NCBI GenBank assembly: GCA_010909165.1
Contig: MU008196.1
Span: forward strand, 248,001 to 312,000
Direction of reading: 5' to 3'
From: Anthoceros angustus
Taxonomy: Eukaryota; Plantae; Anthocerotophyta
DNA: 64,000 nt
The notes under the pieces are model-generated. The model was not told the DNA's origin and ran no database searches. It was given only the letters and a program-made list of their open reading frames with translations. The number at the start of each line of letters is the position of its first letter. Positions within the stretch are counted from its first letter, which is position 1. Shown here in pieces: positions 19,882 to 35,200 of the stretch. The position numbers were made by a program, and so were the translations under genes.

Positions 19882-22800
19882 TGATGAAATATATCTAGTT
19901 TAGGGCACTATTCATAAGGGCCACATCCTTAAACATTATTTTATCATCTAGGGCATTAGGTAGTTATCTATTTAGTTGCTTGGGTAGTTAGTTGTTAGTA
20001 ATGTTACAACAACTTTGGTAATTTACAACAACTTGGTAGTTACAACAACATATTTTTATGACCACCTCAACCCTTAGCCTTATGCTTTACTCTTTGATTA
20101 ATTCATTTGTATCGTATCTCATGCGCCTAAGAGCCATTGATTATCATCATGGTATCAGCATGGTAGCTCTCTGTGATTGAGCATCCTTTGCTTGCCTGCT
20201 CAAGGCACTTCTCTCATCAATGCATTTGCGACTTGACTTTTCATTTGAAGATCATGCGTGGAGAACTTGCTTTGGCGGCAATCATCCTGACTTGCATAAA
20301 GTTGTAAGGATGCACTTGTCAATTATGTCGATCTCTTATACGCCCTCCATGGATTTCTTCAATCCAAGCAGACAAGAATTTAAGAAGAACAAGGCTTCAA
20401 AGAAGACAACAACAACACAAATCATCCTTCATTCAAAGGATTTTGATCTCAACTCTCCACAAAGGTGATGTTGTTGAAGAACAAGTATGTTGTCTCATGA
20501 AGCCCTCTTGTCTAAGTCCGGAGATAGAGTAAAATAATATAATTTATGCTCAGAAGTCTCCTAACTTCATTTAGCCTTCTTCAATAGTGCTAGAATCACT
20601 ATTTCAAAGTACATAGACAATAAGGCTAACATCTTCTTTCTCCTAATCTGCATTGAAGTGGGCTCTTTGCGAAGATTGTGTTGAGTTGGTGAATTACCGT
20701 AACGTCTTATTTCGGCCTGTGGCTAATCCATTGACTCCATTAGGCGAACTTGACTTAATCTGCTACTAATGAGAAATTGATTTACAATACCCAAGTTAAC
20801 ATCATTCTTGATCTTAAAGACCTTTCGTAGTAAAGGTGTTCCCTCATTGATTGTAAGTCTGCAGATTCCGATGGCGATGCGATTATCCATTTTGAAAATC
20901 TTTGTGCTGACCGCGCCTCTTCTCCGCTAAAAGAAATCAGTGCGTGCCACTGTACGTAATGCATCAATAAACTCACCAATGGTGGGATCAGGTTGATGGA
21001 TGAACTTTTGCCCGGAAGACTGATTTTTGGAGCTCAAAAGGCCAAATGGCTAATGGAACAACAATCTAGCGGCAAGAGTGGGAGAATTTTAAGCAGATGA
21101 GAAGAAAGCTAAAGAGGCATGAATCAAATTACAAGTGATTCGGTCACAACTTCAAAGACAAAGATAGATTCAATGGAAAAGGATATGATGTGGCAAGCAG
21201 CCCAAGGAGTCTGCGTAGCCATGACTTATGGACATCATCGGTAGATCGAAACATGTTCCATTTGGGACCAAAGACTTAATAGAAGATTGGGAAAATAAAG
21301 ATCGGAGAGCACGAGGCGTCTTGATGAATGGCCTTACCGGAGATGGTACCAAGTTGCTCAAGCGGACACCTCTGCGAAATGTGGGAGCATCTTGCCCAAC
21401 TTTATGCTTCTAAAGATGGTATGAGTTTATTAAGCCACATGTCACCTTTATACTATGAAGATGGAGGTGATTCCATTGATCATCATTTAAGTGCTTCCGT
21501 TATAAAAATAATTTTGAAGCATCTTCAAGAAGAAAATGGTGAAGCGGACTTGTTGCTCTCCTTGCTACCTTGCCACCCTCCTATATTGTGACAACACAAA
21601 ATCGTCCTAGAGCCGCTCGAAACATAAAATTGGTGGCTCGACAGGATATAGTACGTTAGTGAATTAATAGCAGCCATTATTGGGAGGGCGCTGCTTGTGA
21701 GAATCCCCGATCCACCCAGACGGTGATGTTACAGGGCGAGGTGAGGCAAAGTGGCCGTGGCAGCGGTAACGTACCTTTCACTCAAGACCCGAATCACATT
21801 CAATATCCTCCTGAGGATTAAACTCTTCATTACACATGAGGCAACAAGAAGAGTGGAGTTATGTAGGTGGTAGAATGACAAATCATGTGGAGAAGGAATT
21901 TGAAAAAGAAGAGCAGTGAGCCTAAGAAGGAGGCCACCCACAGAGCACATGTTGCGGTGAAGAAGTATTCTCCAGCAACACCATGGTGATTATGCCTTGG
22001 CATCATCAAGCCCTCAAAATTGATCATGGTACTTAGGCAACATCCATGCCTCCGCGATATAAACTCTTTTGAGTCTTATTCGCGGCAAAAGGACATCAAC
22101 GGTCCTCCTAGGCGATGATCATAACCTCACTATCTCGGGTGTAGGTTCACAATGGTATTAAGATGCTACGGGACATGTTCTTACTCTTTCCCCATGTCAT
22201 GTGTACCATCCATGTGTAAAAACTTAGTGTCGACCGCTAGCCTATGTTCGAGAACATAGTATGCAATTATTCTTCAAAGCGAGATATGTCTTCTTTCTTA
22301 CTACCAATAGATTCCACTGTCCACAACCGGTACACTAGATGAAGTCTATAACTTTAAAGTCAAGTGGGTCCGTACATCTCATCAATGTAGCTACCCATCC
22401 CATTACATCACCTCCTCCAATACTATGCTTTGGCATTCATTAGGGTCATCCCTAATAGCCAAAAGCTGTTCCAAATGTCTAAAGGGTATTATAGAACACC
22501 ATGTCTACTAAATGAACCTCTTTCATGGTGTGAAGCTTGCGTCATCATAGCGACATCAAGCCCCTTTTCATAATCCATCTCCACATCGGGCTAAGGCACT
22601 TAGAGTTGGTTCATCTGATTTGTGGTCCATATACGCATATCCTTCATTTAGTGGATCGCAGTGTTCTTAACCTTCAGCAGATGATTACTCTCGATTTGTC
22701 CTCACACATCCTTAAATCATAAAAGCCAAGCTTTCTCATTTTTCAAGGGTATATGATGTGGGCGAGAGACTTACGAGATAAAACTCAAAACTCTGCGCTC

Positions 22801-25800
22801 GAACAATGGAGCTGAGTTTACATCCAATTTGCTGATTTTGCCTTGCTGAAGGTATAAGCAATTCACGATGTACACTCCTCGACAAAATGGGCGTACTTGA
22901 GAATATTCGCCTTCAAAAGTCCTTTGGTTGTTTACTTACAAGCCAAACTATCCAAAGTTATTAAATTTGAAACCATGTTGAGCCACATCTCATTAATGCC
23001 GCACCCTTGTACAGTCCATGGGATGACCCCTATGAAGCATTCTTTGGTAGAAAGCCTTCTATTGATCATCTTGATTTTGGATCCCACAACATATGTTTAT
23101 TCCTAAAGTACAACGCCAGCTGGATCCCAAAATAAATTTCATTGGCTGCGAAGGTATTAAAGGATATAAATTATTAGCCCTTCTACAGCTCATCTATGCC
23201 GAGGGCGTGACTTTCCATGAGTCCCATACTCTTTCCCCTTGATGCGCTCGACTTATTTACCTCACGATGCTCCTCGGCACGAGCATCGGGCCTTCCTTTC
23301 ATGGCGGATTTTGTCATTATTCATCCACCTCCTCCTATACAGTTCCTCTAGTTGAACCTATTTGGAGGAGGAGGAGGAGTTAGAATATATCCAAGACACC
23401 AATTACACGGATCCGGACCGGGATCGCGACATCTGAGAACCTATACATCTTGAAGATGAATATCACTATATAATGTTGAAATTCGTGGCCAATATCGCAT
23501 TCCCTTTGAGGATGAGCTTAGGCCTTGACATGAGATAAACTTCGGCGAGGCACGAAGATGAGGCCCAGTTTCCTGTTAGAACCGGCTCATAGAGTGGTGA
23601 CGTGGAAAATATTCAACAACTGCTTTTGCACGGTACAATTGGAGAACTAGACCTCATTGCGGGACTGCTGGATGGAAGGAACCACCTTGTGGATATCTAG
23701 TTGCGATGATCCTATTTCTCCCATTACTTCATATTATCAAAATTGTATACAAAGCCCATGAGTTGATCCCGACGCTAACCTTAAAGCAAGAACACTTTAC
23801 TCTCCAGGAAGACTTGTGTGGAAGGTATTGTAGATTGATATAACTCTCTAGTAGAAAATTCTACCATGGAATTAGTTAAACCACCCAAAGGGAGAAAAAT
23901 AGTTGGAAGTAAATGGGTATTTAAAATCAAAGCGTAAGGGTGGTTCCATTGAAAGATATAAAGGCAAGACTAGTAGCTAGAAGGTTTACCCAAATACAGG
24001 TTTAGATTATATCACAAGCTACCTATGCTCCGTATGCAAAATTTGCTTCCCTCGTAATGATCATTGCCTTGTCACTCAACATTTACATCTCCATATGATG
24101 GATGTAAAATTTCTCTGTAGTGGATACAAGAAGAAATATATGAGACAACAAGGTTATGGTCAAAGGTAAAGAAGATTTGGTGTGGCTAATAAAGGCATGT
24201 ATGGCCTAAAGCAGTCAGCAAAGAATGGAACAATGATATATATAAACAAACTTACAAAATATGGTTTTGTACCAAAGCAAAAGCGATGCAAGCATATATC
24301 TTCAAGACCAAACAATACACAATTTACCTCTTATTATATGGATGACTTATTTTTAGCATCATCCTCACTCTCCCATTATTTGAAATCAAGGCATGGTTAA
24401 GAAGTCATTATGAAATGATGGTGGGAGATCTGCTTATGCTCTTGAGTTAATATTACAAGGGATAGAAATTAATACATTTCCTTAACTGGAATGAATTACA
24501 TCAAGGAAAGTCTATCCAAATTTGGACTAGAAGATGCTAAGCTAGCGACCACCATTTCCTAGTGGCACGGGCTCAGGTGATATGAGTACAGAAACAAATC
24601 TGAGAGAAAAAAGCAGAAATGTCGGTGTACCATACAAACATGCTGTAGGTACTTTAATATATTTAACATGCAGACACAGCTGACATATCTTTTTGAAGTT
24701 AGTAGATCTCCCAATTTAGAGAACCGACGAACAACATTGTGCAATGTGTCAAAGGATATTGTGGATATTTAGAAAGGGACTATACAACTGGATTGATGTA
24801 TAAACATGTACACATCATTTCACAATTACTGTATTTATCAGTCTGATTATCTTTGGAGATCCGGATAAGAAATTCGTCTCCTCACAATTACATAGGAGGA
24901 ACACCCTATCATGGTCAAGTAAAACTGACCAACTGTGCTTTGTCAGATCGGTATAGGGTCCTAACCTCAGTCTCCAAGACATAGTCTGGAGAGATTAGCT
25001 TTGAGTTGAATTAGACCACCCTCAAGATGGGCCACCTCCTACATAGTGATAATCGAGGTGCTATAGCCTTAGCTTACACTGTTTTCCACTCCGAACCAAA
25101 CATATAGTAGTATCACCGTATATCTTGAAATGTTAGAAAATAAAAAGTAAATATTAAATATATTTCAACCCAAGATAATCCAGATCTATAGCAAGTCATT
25201 GGGGAGATTTGCATTTAAAACATATGAAAATAGGTATACAAGAGGTCAAAGCCAACTAAGCTAGTTAGGTGAAGTAGCTGAGTTCTATAATCCACAAAGC
25301 TTGTCTAGCATTGCTATTTCCTCTTCTAATTCTGAAGTAGTCTTCCGCAGTGCTCTTGGCCTCTCTCTAATGCCCAAAAGGATCCTACAATCGACCCATG
25401 GGTTAAGTGATGAAATGATGTAATATTAAGTGGTTAGGTCACTCACTATAAAGGTCATCGTATGTCCTTCATATTGCTTACATGTGATGCCTAACCACAT
25501 CATTTTATTCCTTTTCTCTCCTCACATATATTCCATGGGGATTTCATGGTCATCTTTCCCTCCGAGTGCAGTAAGTGGCATAAAATAGATTCCCGGTAGG
25601 TAGGTGGGACATGGGTATTTTTCTTTTCTTGCTCCCTCTTGGTGCATGGGTGGTGAGCAAATCTCCCATGGCCTACACATTTATCTACATCTAAACATAA
25701 GTAGATTTTATTGGGAAAAATGTTAGCTTTAGCTTACATATATATAGTACTCCTACCCTTTTTCCTACTCACTCTTTTCCTCTCCATTTTCTTCCCTAAT

Positions 25801-27314
25801 ACCTTCTGTTGCCATCCTCCAATGTGGCTATATTCACTAGGATGAGCCTCAGAAGCATTTTGCCTCACACCTGACTCTGAGGCTACGTCTTCTTCATGGA
25901 GCCCTCGACTCCTCTGAAGCACTATCTTCTTCTATGTTAAGTCATCATTATCCGGGACACTCACGAGACGGCTCCAGACTTTTCCTTGATTTTCACCTTT
26001 GGCGTAGTGAATAATTGCTGACTCGGATTATACGCATCAACACCCAACAATTAGTATTTGTATGACCATGCATATTATGCCATCATTTTAAGGTTTTTAT
26101 TTACTTACGGTTTTTCAACTTTATGACTTGCTTGATGACAACCCGTCTTAAATGAGCACTATCAAGTCCTCCTCTTCCTCCAGCATATTTTCAACCATAT
26201 TACTGATTTTGCACATATGTGGAAAATTCACATCAAAATTTGGGTCTTCTATACGACTTTGGACCCTCTTTGGTCATTTCTCTCTGAGGCATCACGGTAC
26301 CGCATGCAGGCACAGGCGGCTTGTTTGTAGTGCCTCATGCGGTGCCTTCTTCTGCTATTGCCTTCTTGTAGCCACGCGCATCTGATGACTGCCCATTTGT
26401 CGATATCGGGCCCACTCTCACAGCAATTTTCCGTCTGCAGCGCGAGGGGGAGGGCCAGCGAGGCCTTCAACTCATGTGACGGCAATATGCGAACAGCAAA
26501 ATAACACCGAGTTAGACGTATGATGCCATAAATCTAAAGGTAGCATGAAGTCTTGACAAGGGGGTGGGGAGGATCATATAAACTGGCCGGATGAGCCAGC
26601 TCGCGGGTGCGAGGAGAAGCGAGTCTTAAAGTCGCGCCAAAGTCGGGAGAAAGTAGCGGCTTCCAGCAGAGACACTGCGATGCCTCGTGAACCAAGTGGG
26701 TGGCGTTGGCGCGTGCATCACCAGCCTCGCACCCACCAATGGGGTGGCGGTGGTAGATAGATGGCAGCTTCTCGATTTTATTTATCAAAACGCCGGTTTA
26801 ACGTCCCAGTGGGCTTGGGCCTTAACTCGAGTTTGATGGGCTCTGTATTGTCCAGAGACTGACTCAGATTTTGATGGAGCTCTATGTACCGGTAGTTGTA
26901 TGCACAGAAAAACTTTTATACAGGTTTGTATATTATCTTCACCTTTTTTAGCTTTAGTTTATGGTTTTAAGTAATGCTTTAGATTAAAGTAAGTCTATTG
27001 ATGTTTTAGACCCTCATTTTGAAGCTAGAGTTCACCCCTACATTCATAGTGAGAATTAGTGTGAAATATATCTAGTTTGGGCACTATTCATTGGGTCACA
27101 TAGAAACATTAATTTATTTTCTAGGGCATTAGGTAGTTATCTATTTAGTTGCTTTAGGTAGTTGGTTGTTGTAATTACAAAACTTGGTGGTGACAACAAC
27201 TTGGTGATTCACAACAACATATTGTTATAACTACCTAACCACCTCAACCATAGCCTATATAAAGGCCGCTCTTTTGTTCGACATTTACATCTACTTTAAG
27301 AGCTAACAATTACA
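19882..27314 (+). mobile_element. Copia D, copy 2 (inverted)
   Basis: LTRs 19882-20149 and ~27060-27314, both flanked by TCTTA; PBS tggtatcagc at 20150; pol motifs at 21046-25290. Confidence 0.9.
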
Positions 27315-30300
27315 TCTTAGGGACATTAGCTAAGTCTAATCCCTCAGTGCCCATCTCATTACCTAATCACAATAATCATACTTTAGTTTTCTACGTAAAA
27401 CTTTAATTTTGAGATTGAATTACTTCTTCTTACTCTGTAATGATTTTTCCTTGGTTCCTTTATCCACCTCTCATGCTTCATTTCCATCATCCTCTGTTCA
27501 TATCCACCGCATCCAACATCCTATTTATTTTGAGCATCATTCGTTGACTGAGGTATTTGGACATCAATCGGAATATATCTAGGACATCACTAGCTGTATA
27601 TTTGGCCCATTTCTTGATTGTATTCAGCATCTACTAGAATATCTCTAGCACCACGTGCACCGCCAAGATGGGCTTCCTTGCGTGGAAGCCCTCAAGCTTC
27701 ATCTCGGTGCCTCACAATTAGCCTTTATGTCTGCTTATTTCTACAACATGAAATTTGGATCTTCTATTCTAGGGATCATCATTCTAGAGTCGAGGAGGAG
27801 AGATAAACATGAATGGGCATACACAGGGACGGATGGGCGTATGCCGGCGATGGCGGTGAAGTGCATCCTCTTGATAATTTTGAGCAAGGATTGGCTCCTT
27901 TCATTCCCATCAACCCGGTTTGGTTCCATTGACCTCCGCCGAGCATCGGCCATAGCTCCACATTGCGAGGGAATCTTTCCGCCAGTGATTTCTCAATCAT
28001 GCACGCATCACACTTGGACGGCAATTTATAAAGCATCATCTGAGGGCGCCCTCCCAAATAGGAACCTCACAGAACTGCCTTCTCCAGTTGCGGTCGAGGA
28101 GGGCAGTTTCTTAGCAATTTCCACAGTTGCAAGCAATTTGTAAGAGATTGTGCATTGCACTCTCCTCAAGTCTTGTGGCGGCCAATCTTAAAAATCTATC
28201 TGCCTGGGCCTGTGTGGCAGCGTGTAGGTCTTGGCCAGCGCGTGACTTCTTGGCAGCGCCTCCTATCACCAGCGCTTGCCTTCCCCACCACAACCCATGG
28301 CCCGTTGGATGAATTCCTTGGCGTTGGCGCGGAGGGTGGAGGCGGTTAAAGTGAACGCCATGCCTATGTAATGAGTGTATGCCCTCGATCCATAGAACCA
28401 CCCTCACCCATTCTCGTGGGGCCCGGCTCGCTCTACTTGCTCATGGGGTGCACCTCCCTCGATTATGGAGTGCCATACCCACAAATCACTGCCTACACCT
28501 TGCTCCGGCGTGGTGCACCACCTAAACCTCTCCCAATTAGCTCCCTTGACCTGCCAAATATAATAAGTTGAAACACCTCACACAAAGGCACCCCATCTCA
28601 GCATTGATCACCCCTAGGAGCGCTTTTGGAGTTCTTACACACGCTTCATTGTCCACACACCCAATTGGCTTTGCATAACACTCATGAATTGTGACTTATT
28701 CCCTGAACTCCTCACGCCTCCACCAACATCTCGTATCAACCCTCCTTGTTGCGCATTTCTCCTCGCGGCCTCCCTTCACTTTGACTTGCAGCCCATGCAA
28801 ATTGTCATGATGCACTCATTGTGATTCCTTCACCATGTTGCGTACAACTTGTTGCCTTCTATGGTTTGCCACCTCCATCTTGCAGCCAGCTACAAATTCA
28901 GCCTGCCGTAGGTGCTCTACCACGGCCTTTCCTAGATTCAACACGCCCTATCATGCCATCCTCGCCATTGACTCCATTAGAGCACTTCCATGTGCCTCAC
29001 ATGGCCCCTCTTGCAACCCTTGTGGCTGCTCACCACGAACATGAGCTCCTCGCTCCCATCCTTGCCGATTCTTTGCTCCTCTCTGCATGGTGAGCTCCCA
29101 ACCTGAGAAACCTGCAGCAGATCTGCACAATTCCACCATTACGGGCACTTGACCCATCTTCCCAAGCAACCCTTGCCACATCTCTACCTAGCAGTCCTCC
29201 TTACTCAAAATCTCAGCAATATGAGCACACCCGTCTCACTTCTTCCCACGTGTGGCAAATTACTTTGCCTTCCCCTCAAACTTGGTGGTGGTCCCCAATA
29301 ATCGGGCCTTTGCCTCTGCAAAGCCTATCAACAGTGCTTGTGCAGCAACCTCAAACTACTTCCTTGGCTTAATTGCCTTCACCCTCTACTCCTCATTCTC
29401 CAACAAATTGCCTCAAGATCTTGACAATTCTCTTCCACTTCACTTCAATTCTCTCCGGTTTGTGACTCTGCTCTAAGTTTGCTCTAGTTTGATCCTTTTG
29501 ATCCAAAAAGTAGGAGTGCCTAAACTTTCATATTCCACATACTCCCCACCTCACTTGTTTGCATCCCATAAACAACCTACCATTAGATACTCCATCACCT
29601 TCCGACCATTCATCCTAGTGACAAGTGGTGTCATGTTAGATTCCCTAGCTATACTTTCCTGGTGAAAATACAAAACATCACTTCCTTAGAAACACAACCT
29701 CTCCATCTACATTGTCTGCATGTTGTGGAAGGGACATCTTCAAATTCAAGACCTCGGAGCTCTAAATGTGCCATGAATGCTCCCAAGCCTCCACCAAATT
29801 TCCACATAATCCTTGCAGCAACTTCAAAGCTTGCAATTCCTCTCTTCAAGGCTTTGGTCATCACTCCTTCCTCAAGATGTCCACTTCAATCCAATTCCTC
29901 CTCAAATTCTTCAACTTCCTTCAAGTGACTCTCTCCCACCTCGTTCCTTCTTTGTCTTCCATCTCAATACACTCCTATCAAGACAAAGCAAAGCCTCGAG
30001 TTGCAAACAACCTCCTGAGCTCCTCCACTTGACTCCTCCTTGCAACATGGCCCCATCTTGGAGCACGGTACCAACCCGTCCGGCTACACACAAAGAACTC
30101 TCCTGCGACAATAAATTGGAAGCACTGCGCTCTCTTGATGGCCTTAGAAATCTCCCAGATCCTCCTCAAGCATCAATTGCTTCCTCCTTGATGCGAAAAA
30201 GGCATCAAGGCCCTCAGCTCGAATTCAAGTTCTCCTCTCAACCACCCAATCCATGAGCAAGCTGTACCTTGAGCATGTCCCCTGGTGGGCCCCTCTTTCA

Positions 30301-31114
30301 AGTAAAGCCCTCGGCTATCACCCCTAGCCTCCATAAACTATCCATTGGTCAAGTCACGACCTCCACTTCCTCCTACATCATCTTCCACAAATTTTGGTAG
30401 AACCAGCAACATGCCCACTCTCAAGCTCTTTCTTCTAACCAACGCCCATAGACAATGCTTTCTCATGCTACGTTCTTAGCTAAGCCTCCAAATCCCTATC
30501 GAGCACATAGCGGGGAGTCCTCCAAAATCCTTCCTCAACAAACTCCTTCCTGCAACAAAACACCACTCTCCCTTCCCTCGTTCGAGCATCAGACGTTCCT
30601 CCCCTCCTCTTCCAATGACAAGCTCGAGCTGGAACTCGAGGACCAATGCCGAAAGACTCCTCTTCTTGCAGGAACGGAACATGTACCTCGGAAATTACTA
30701 ACCGCTGGCTCGAATTCTTGACCCTCACCTTCAGTCACCAACTCCTCAGCAACAACCTCCTCCCTCTTGTTGTTCGTGAGCCCAACCTTCTCCTACTCTT
30801 AGAAAACTACCTCTTCTTCCTCAACAGAACCCTTGAAGATGTTAGCACATGTAGCTTCCTCATGAGAGCTCTCTCTCGACTTCTTCCTCTACCGTCATCC
30901 AACTCTCACTACTTGCAAGTCTTCTCATCCCCTGATTAGAGATTCTCAATAATGTTCGTACCTCTTCCCTTGGCTTGCCAAAGCAAAAGGTCCCGACATG
31001 GCGCCAAAAATGTGGGAGAAACCACAGGGGCCGAGATTCACCCTCTGGTGGCCACTTATCACTGTCGCTAAGTACAAGGTTCGTCCATGAGACTCTTGTT
31101 TGTCGAGTCACCAA

Positions 31115-31365
31115 TGTAAAGGGTGTTAAAGCCCCAATGTACTTAGACTAATACACTTAGTCTAAGTGGGTGTCGATTAAGTATCATTAGTTTAGTGACT
31201 AATTTAGGAAGCTTCTTGTGCTCCTTCTAGGAGCTTCTTGTGGAGCTTCTAGGGAACTGTTGGAGGGTATAAATACCCTCCAAGCCTCATCTCAATGTAG
31301 AGAGCTACACTTGCCTCCTCCTCTCCTCTCCTCTTTCCACCTCATGGGCTGCCCACGATCCTTCA
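31115..31365 (+). repeat. Copia A LTR, copy 2
   Basis: Reverse complement of 2728-2968. Confidence 0.75.
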
Positions 31366-32051
31366 GCGGTATGAGCCATGGTTTGGTTGTGTTGTGATGC
31401 TAAATTTTCTAATTTGCGAGCGATTCGTGGAAATTTGGTGAAGCACGCGAGGCTGCGAAACGCCCGCGAGCCGTGGCGGCGAGCCCCATGGCGGCGCGAC
31501 CGCGGCCGCGGAACCACAGCAGCGCGGCCTCTGGAAACGTCACGAACCTGGCAGCAGCGCTGGCCGGCCTGGCAGCGCCGCGGCCGCGCAGCGCAAAGCC
31601 GGCGCCCGGCAGCGCGCCCATGGCGGAGCCGCGCGAGCCGCGCGGCCTTGAGCAGCAGCCGTGGCAGCGCGCGGCGCGGCCCGGCGAGCCGGCCTTGGCC
31701 CAGCCGGGCAGCCGCGCGGCGGCAGGCCGGCCGCGCGCAGCGCCGCGCGCTGCCACGGCTGCTGCTCAAGGCCGCGCGGCTCGCGCGGCTCCGCCATGGG
31801 CGCGCTGCCGGGCGCCGGCTTTGCGCTGCGCGGCCGCGGCGCTGCCAGGCCGGCCAGCGCTGCTGCCAGGTTCGTGACGTTTCCAGAGGCCGCGCTGCTG
31901 TGGTTCCGCGGCCGCGGTCGCGCCGCCATGGGGCTCGCCGCCACGGCTCGCGGGCGTTTCGCAGCCTCGCGTGCTTCACCAAATTTCCACGAATCGCTCG
32001 CAAATTAGAAAATTTAGCATCACAACACAACCAAACCATGGCTCATACCGC

Positions 32052-32299
32052 TGAAGGATCGTGGGCAGCCCATGAGGTGGAAAGAGGAGAGGAGAGGAGG
32101 AGGCAAGTGTAGCTCTCTACATTGAGATGAGGCTTGGAGGGTATTTATACCTCCAACAGTTCCCTAGAAGCTCCACAAGAAGCTCCTAGAAGGAGCACAA
32201 GAAGCTTCCTAAATTAGTCACTAAACTAATGATACTTAATCGACACCCACTTAGACTAAGTGTATTAGTCTAAGTACATTGGGCTTTAACACCCTTACA
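32052..32299 (-). repeat. Copia A LTR, copy 3
   Basis: Mirror of 31115-31365. Confidence 0.75.
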
Positions 32300-35200
32300 T
32301 TGGTGACTCGACAAACAAGAGTCTCATGGACGAACCTTGTACTTAGCGACAGTGATAAGTGGCCACCAGAGGGTGAATCTCGGCCCCTGTGGTTTCTCCC
32401 ACATTTTGGCGCCATGTCGGGACCTTTTGCTTTGGCAAGCCAAGGGAAGAGGTACGAACATTATTGAGAATCTCTAATCAGGGGATGAGAAGACTTGCAA
32501 GTAGTGAGAGTTGGATGACGGTAGAGGAAGAAGTCGAGAGAGAGCTCTCATGAGGAAGCTACATGTGCTAACATCTTCAAGGGTCTCAGTTGAGGAAGAA
32601 GAGGTAGTTTTCTAAGAGTAGGAGAAGGTTGGGCTCACGAACAACAAGAGGGAGGAGGTTGTTGGCCGAGGAGTTGGTGACTCAAGGTGAGGTCAAGAAT
32701 TGAGCCAGCGGTTAGTAATTTCCGAGGTACATGTTCTGCCTCCGCAAGAAGAGGAGTCTTTCTATTGGTCCTCGAGTTCCACTCGAGCATATTGAAGAGG
32801 AGGGAGGAACGTCTCATGTAACGAGGGAAGGAGAGTGGTGTTTTGCTGCGGTGAAGGAGTTTGTTGAGGAAGGATTTTGGAGGACTCCCCGCTATGTGCT
32901 CGATAGGGATTTGGAGGCTTAGCTAAGAACGTAGCATGAGAAAGCATTGTCTATGGGCGTTGGTTAGAAGAAAGAGCTTGAGAGTGGGCATGTTGCTGGT
33001 TCTACCAAAATTTGTGGAAGATGATGTAGGAGGAAGTGGAGGTCGTGACTTGACCAATGGATAGTTTATGGAGGCTAGGGGTGATAGCCGAGGGCTTTAC
33101 TTGAAAGAGGGGCCCACCAGGGGACATGCTCAAGGTACAGCTTGCTCATGGATTGGGTGGTTGAGAGGAGAACTTGAATTCGAGCTGAGGGCCTTGATGC
33201 CTTTTTCGCATCAAGGAGGAAGCAATTGATGCTTGAGGAGGATCTGGGAGATTTCTAAGGCCATCAAGAGAGCGCAGTGCTTCCAATTTATTGTCGCAGG
33301 AGAGTTCTTGTGTGTAGCCGGACGGGTTGGTACCGTGCTCCAAGATGGGGCCATGTTGCAAGGAGGAGTCAAGTGGAGGAGCTCAGGAGGTTGTTTGCAA
33401 CTCGAGGCTTTGCTTTGTCTTGATAGGAGTGTATTGAGATGGAAGACAAGAAGGAACGAGGTGGGGAGAGAGTCACTTGAAGGAAGTTGAAGAATTTGAG
33501 GAGGAATTGGATTGAAGTGGACATCTTGAGGAAGGAGTGATGACCAAAGCCTTGAAGAGAGGAATTGCAAGCTTTGAAGTTGCTGCAAGGATTATGTGGA
33601 AATTTGGTGGAGGCTTGGGAGCATTCATGGCACATTTAGAGCTCCGAGGTCTTGAATTTGAAGATGTCCTTCCACAACATGCAGACAATGTAGATGGAGA
33701 GGTTGTGTTTCTAAGGAAGTGATGTTTTGTATTTTCACCAGGAAAGTATAGCTAGGGAATCTAACATGACACCACTTGTCACTAGGATGAATGGTCGGAA
33801 GGTGATGGAGTATCTAATGGTAGGTTGTTTATGGGATGCAAACAAGTGAGGTGGGGAGTATGTGGAATATGAAAGTTTAGGCACTCCTACTTTTTGGATC
33901 AAAAGGATCAAACTAGAGCAAACTTAGAGCAGAGTCACAAACCGGAGAGAATTGAAGTGAAGTGGAAGAGAATTGTCAAGATCTTGAGGCAATTTGTTGG
34001 AGAATGAGGAGTAGAGGGTGAAGGCAATTAAGCCAAGGAAGTAGTTTGAGGTTGCTGCACAAGCACTGTTGATAGGCTTTGCAGAGGCAAAGGCCCGATT
34101 ATTGGGGACCACCACCAAGTTTGAGGGGAAGGCAAAGTAATTTGCCACACGTGGGAAGAAGTGAGACGGGTGTGCTCATATTGCTGAGATTTTGAGTAAG
34201 GAGGACTGCTAGGTAGAGATGTGGCAAGGGTTGCTTGGGAAGATGGGTCAAGTGCCCGTAATGGTGGAATTGTGCAGATCTGCTGCAGGTTTCTCAGGTT
34301 GGGAGCTCACCATGCAGAGAGGAGCAAAGAATCGGCAAGGATGGGAGCGAGGAGCTCATGTTCGTGGTGAGCAGCCACAAGGGTTGCAAGAGGGGCCATG
34401 TGAGGCACATGGAAGTGCTCTAATGGAGTCAATGGCGAGGATGGCATGATAGGGCGTGTTGAATCTAGGAAAGGCCGTGGTAGAGCACCTACGGCAGGCT
34501 GAATTTGTAGCTGGCTGCAAGATGGAGGTGGCAAACCATAGAAGGCAACAAGTTGTACGCAACATGGTGAAGGAATCACAATGAGTGCATCATGACAATT
34601 TGCATGGGCTGCAAGTCAAAGTGAAGGGAGGCCGCGAGGAGAAATGCGCAACAAGGAGGGTTGATACGAGATGTTGGTGGAGGCGTGAGGAGTTCAGGGA
34701 ATAAGTCACAATTCATGAGTGTTATGCAAAGCCAATTGGGTGTGTGGACAATGAAGCGTGTGTAAGAACTCCAAAAGCGCTCCTAGGGGTGATCAATGCT
34801 GAGATGGGGTGCCTTTGTGTGAGGTGTTTCAACTTATTATATTTGGCAGGTCAAGGGAGCTAATTGGGAGAGGTTTAGGTGGTGCACCACGCCGGAGCAA
34901 GGTGTAGGCAGTGATTTGTGGGTATGGCACTCCATAATCGAGGGAGGTGCACCCCATGAGCAAGTAGAGCGAGCCGGGCCCCACGAGAATGGGTGAGGGT
35001 GGTTCTATGGATCGAGGGCATACACTCATTACATAGGCATGGCGTTCACTTTAACCGCCTCCACCCTCCGCGCCAACGCCAAGGAATTCATCCAACGGGC
35101 CATGGGTTGTGGTGGGGAAGGCAAGCGCTGGTGATAGGAGGCGCTGCCAAGAAGTCACGCGCTGGCCAAGACCTACACGCTGCCACACAGGCCCAGGCAG

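Larger units (their letters stand above)
2400..31680. repeat. Fold-back 2: ~14.5 kb inverted repeat centred ~17100-17200 with indel-rich arms
   Basis: Every landmark of 2650-16940 recurs in reverse order in 17250-31450 (copia C RH 19000-19490, copia D 19882-27314, copia A LTR 31115-31365), with different frameshifts. Confidence 0.93.

Noticed and set aside
31305-32112. Paired 244-aa, 134-aa and 115-aa ORFs across the palindrome centre
   Set aside because: Products of GC richness and mirror symmetry.
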